Source: Acidobacteriaceae bacterium
GTDB taxonomy: Bacteria > Acidobacteriota > Terriglobia > Terriglobales > Acidobacteriaceae
Direction of reading: 5' to 3'
Length of the DNA stretch: 64,000 bases
NCBI GenBank assembly: GCA_003134815.1
Contig: PLCO01000042.1
Coordinates: 13,174-77,173 of the forward strand
The position numbers were made by a program, and so were the translations under genes. Below the pieces are notes generated by a model that did no database searches, was not told the origin of the DNA, and saw only the letters and a program-made list of their open reading frames with translations. The stretch's first letter is position 1. Each line of letters opens with the position of its first letter. Positions 63,207 to 64,000 of this stretch are shown one piece after another.

Positions 63207-64000
63207 CTACAGTACTGTCGCATTCGTTTCGACGGAGAACCGCACGAATTCTCTGAATCTGTGACCAATCACAATTATCGTGGTACCGATTCGCCAGTCT
63301 TCAAACTCAAGTGAAAGTGCGCGACCACGGAGAATACAGTCAAACCAACGCTCAGCATCCTTCTTCAATGGTGTGCACGCCACAAGCCAAAGCAGAAAGT
63401 CCCGCATTTCGCTGATGTGGGTTCCATATACAGGCTCGAAATAGATCGCAGGAACATTGATGGCGGCCAAACTCAAATCTTTGTTGTGAAGCTGGACGCA
63501 AGTTGCCTGAGCGAATGAGTATCCCGATGTGGACTCGACTCTGGTCTCGACTGAAGCGAGCAGTCCTCGTGGCCCATAGATGCGAAAGCCGCAGCTCACA
63601 TCTTCGCAAATTGGTTTCCGCCCGATACACTGCTTCACGCAATCCCAAGCAAAATTATTCGAGAGGAGCTTGGTTTGGGGCACCCCTACTGACGTGGCAA
63701 AACGATTTCCAAACACCACGTCTGCCCCTTGGTCCAGTTTTGTAATTCCACTATCGATCCAAGCAGCCTCGTGTTGCCCATCAGCATCGATCGTCACAAC
63801 CGCGGACGCGTGGGCATTACAACACCACAACAGCCCTCTCCGAAGAGTTGCGCCATAACCAAGGCAGCGATCGTTTCGGAGGACAACACAGCCAAGACTC
63901 TCCGCAACATGCCCTGTGGCATCTTCTGATCCATCATCGATCACGAGTACCACGTCCACGCGGCGCCGCAATTCGCCTATCAAGCTGGCAAGCCCCGCCG
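63207..64000 (-). CDS. Family-2 glycosyltransferase (DPM1/GtrB-like), 5' end beyond the window
   Basis: ...VDVVLVIDDGSEDATGHVAES..., VVTIDADGQHE, GFRIYG; the frame is open to the window edge, so the true start lies outside. Convergent with the previous GT2 (23-nt gap). Confidence 0.8.
   Translation of the reverse strand, partial: AGLASLIGELRRRVDVVLVIDDGSEDATGHVAESLGCVVLRNDRCLGYGATLRRGLLWCCNAHASAVVTIDADGQHEAAWIDSGITKLDQGADVVFGNRFATSVGVPQTKLLSNNFAWDCVKQCIGRKPICEDVSCGFRIYGPRGLLASVETRVESTSGYSFAQATCVQLHNKDLSLAAINVPAIYFEPVYGTHISEMRDFLLWLVACTPLKKDAERWFDCILRGRALSLEFEDWRIGTTIIVIGHRFREFVRFSVETNATVL

Overview
High-G+C bacterial chromosomal segment. Gene content and intergenic repeat families fit an Acidobacteriota (Terriglobia-like) genome; this is inference, no search was run.

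Core genes, left to right:
- an edge-truncated gene with a NucS-like nuclease motif (missing from the ORF track), a DinB protein, tldD
- a CesA-like GT2 synthase and tRNA-Phe(GAA)
- an adenosine-deaminase-like lipoprotein, a DUF1800/DUF1501 pair, an MmcQ/YjbR protein
- fabZ-lpxA-(WG-repeat gene)-lpxI, bcp, a second DinB, an H1-like Lys/Ala-rich protein
- an MltD-like LysM lytic transglycosylase, lepA, bamA-skp-skp
- an RND-MFP-OMF efflux operon, an RcnB-like protein, a DUF1003 protein
- a beta-helix/PKD/PA14 glycosidase, and a thioester-reductase plus acyl-AMP-ligase pair
- an FtsX-type permease, cysK-cysE, ppc, an ABC-F ATPase, a Tat-exported Gfo/Idh/MocA oxidoreductase

Accessory content:
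1. A 3,152-bp IS1-family element (16394..19545) has perfect 16-bp inverted repeats, an 8-bp target duplication and five passenger ORFs. This is the strongest candidate for something new.
2. One passenger is a paralogue of a chromosomal membrane protein at 4992..5978.
3. An islet at 3947..7061 is bracketed by HigBA-like and BrnTA toxin-antitoxin modules.
4. A roughly 1.1-kb lower-GC islet sits at the 3' end of tRNA-Phe, with a 13/14 direct repeat of the tRNA end.
5. A lower-GC right-hand island (about 60.8-64 kb) holds a DUF4062-like/TPR protein and two GT2 genes.
6. A gene-poor tract (42.4-44.5 kb) is dense in hairpin, palindrome and tandem-repeat families.

Other points:
- The DUF1800 lipoprotein gene appears to start at CTG.
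- Short GTCCCT-type tandem arrays sit in several intergenic spacers.
- A DnaA-box pair lies in the lepA-skp spacer.
- Four 14-bp tandem repeats lie upstream of the efflux operon.
- Many long ORFs in the track are antisense shadows of real genes and were rejected.
- No CRISPR array, rRNA or integrase was seen.
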